64,000 nt of DNA, taken from assembly GCA_030837225.1 (NCBI GenBank), contig JAUPKX010000007.1, positions 158,657-222,656 on the forward strand, read 5' to 3'. The DNA comes from Patescibacteria group bacterium. GTDB taxonomy: Bacteria > Patescibacteriota > Minisyncoccia > Phycocordibacterales > Phycocordibacteraceae. Of this stretch, positions 63,465 through 64,000 are shown piece after piece. Position numbers and translations under genes: made by a program. Numbering within the stretch: position 1 is the stretch's first letter; each line of letters begins with the position of its first letter. A model generated the notes under the pieces. It was not told where the DNA came from. It did no database searches and was given only the letters and a program-made list of their open reading frames with translations.

Positions 63465-64000
63465 ATGCGTATAACAGGAAGACCCAAAACAACGATTTAC
63501 GCACACATTCGCAACCTGCCTCTGAGTGAGAAGCGTCTCCGGTCCTATAGAAATGCATCAGGACAACATATACGTCAGTTCGCCGTTTCAAGGAAAGGGA
63601 AAAGCGAGAAGAAGTTTACTCCATTTAACGAGTGGACCCTTGAGACTGTACTTCTTGTTGCACACCTAACCTTCGACGGTAGTTTGGGACAAAGAATTGT
63701 CGCATATAGCAATCGTAGTGAGGCGCTCATCAATCGCGTAGAGTCCCTCATGAGCACAATCTACGCATATTTGCCAAAGAGATCCTTCGACTCTCACTCA
63801 GGAGTTTTGCGGACGAGTTATTACAATGTTTCGCTTGCGTTGTACCTAAAGAGTAAGTCAAGGGAGTTGCTCGCGGAGATTGAGAATTATGATCTCGAAC
63901 TAAAGAAAGAGTTCCTCAGGGCTTTCTTTGACGACGAAGGATGTATGGACTTAAAGCTAAAAACGAACAAGCGGAGAATACGTGGGTATCAAAAGGACGT
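63465..64000 (+). CDS. HTH + LAGLIDADG homing-endonuclease-family protein (partial, runs off window end), tRNA-adjacent
   Basis: Two LAGLIDADG-like blocks LLVAHLTFDGSLG and LRAFFDDEGCMD; N-terminal HTH-like GRPKTTIYAHIRNL; paralog of 15965-16666. Confidence 0.55.
   Translation, partial: MRITGRPKTTIYAHIRNLPLSEKRLRSYRNASGQHIRQFAVSRKGKSEKKFTPFNEWTLETVLLVAHLTFDGSLGQRIVAYSNRSEALINRVESLMSTIYAYLPKRSFDSHSGVLRTSYYNVSLALYLKSKSRELLAEIENYDLELKKEFLRAFFDDEGCMDLKLKTNKRRIRGYQKD

Noticed and set aside
1-64000. CRISPR arrays, rRNA genes, alternative genetic code (UGA recoding)
   Set aside because: No spaced direct-repeat arrays and no rRNA-like conserved stretches seen. TGA terminates well-supported genes (for example polA), so the standard bacterial code applies.

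Overview
Window read as a bacterial chromosomal segment with standard genetic code (TGA, TAA and TAG all terminate recognised genes), dense coding and many intrinsic terminators. It spans the replication origin region: rpmH-rnpA-yidC on the minus strand facing dnaA-dnaN on the plus strand, with DnaA boxes in both flanking intergenic regions. Core genes recognised: nusA, ppa, clpP, rny, hup, lysA-family decarboxylase, cca, xth, rpsO, uvrD/pcrA (carrying an intein), ksgA, yidC, rnpA, rpmH, dnaA, dnaN, class A PBP, ruvC, yebC, ruvB, tsaE, polA, holA-like, and seven tRNAs (Gly-TCC, Pro-TGG, Gly-GCC, Arg-TCG, Lys-TTT; none encode CCA). Accessory content: a type IV pilus locus (two pilin-like genes, PilC, PilB) plus a second PilB paralog; an 11-gene plus-strand operon (about 33.0-45.7 kb) encoding a minimal Gram-positive-type type IV secretion-like apparatus (VirB6/TrbL-like, PrgI/VirB3-like, a VirB4 ATPase split by one in-frame TAA, secreted, Cys-rich and pilin-like proteins); a cluster of parS-like 16-mers (TGTTTCACGTGAAACA family) inside and downstream of cca; two paralogous HTH+LAGLIDADG endonuclease-like genes sitting directly beside tRNA genes; a tyrosine recombinase next to a small gene flanked by 25-bp direct repeats that recur (same orientation) at three other sites in the window; a peptidoglycan-binding protein with an extremely acidic repeat tail; and a promoter-to-terminator delimited candidate small RNA upstream of xth. 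Gene content and promoter architecture (many -10 boxes about 7 nt from the ATG, weak Shine-Dalgarno usage) suggest a reduced-genome, possibly Patescibacteria-like lineage, but that is inference only. Many antisense or overlapping ORFs in the supplied track are judged spurious.
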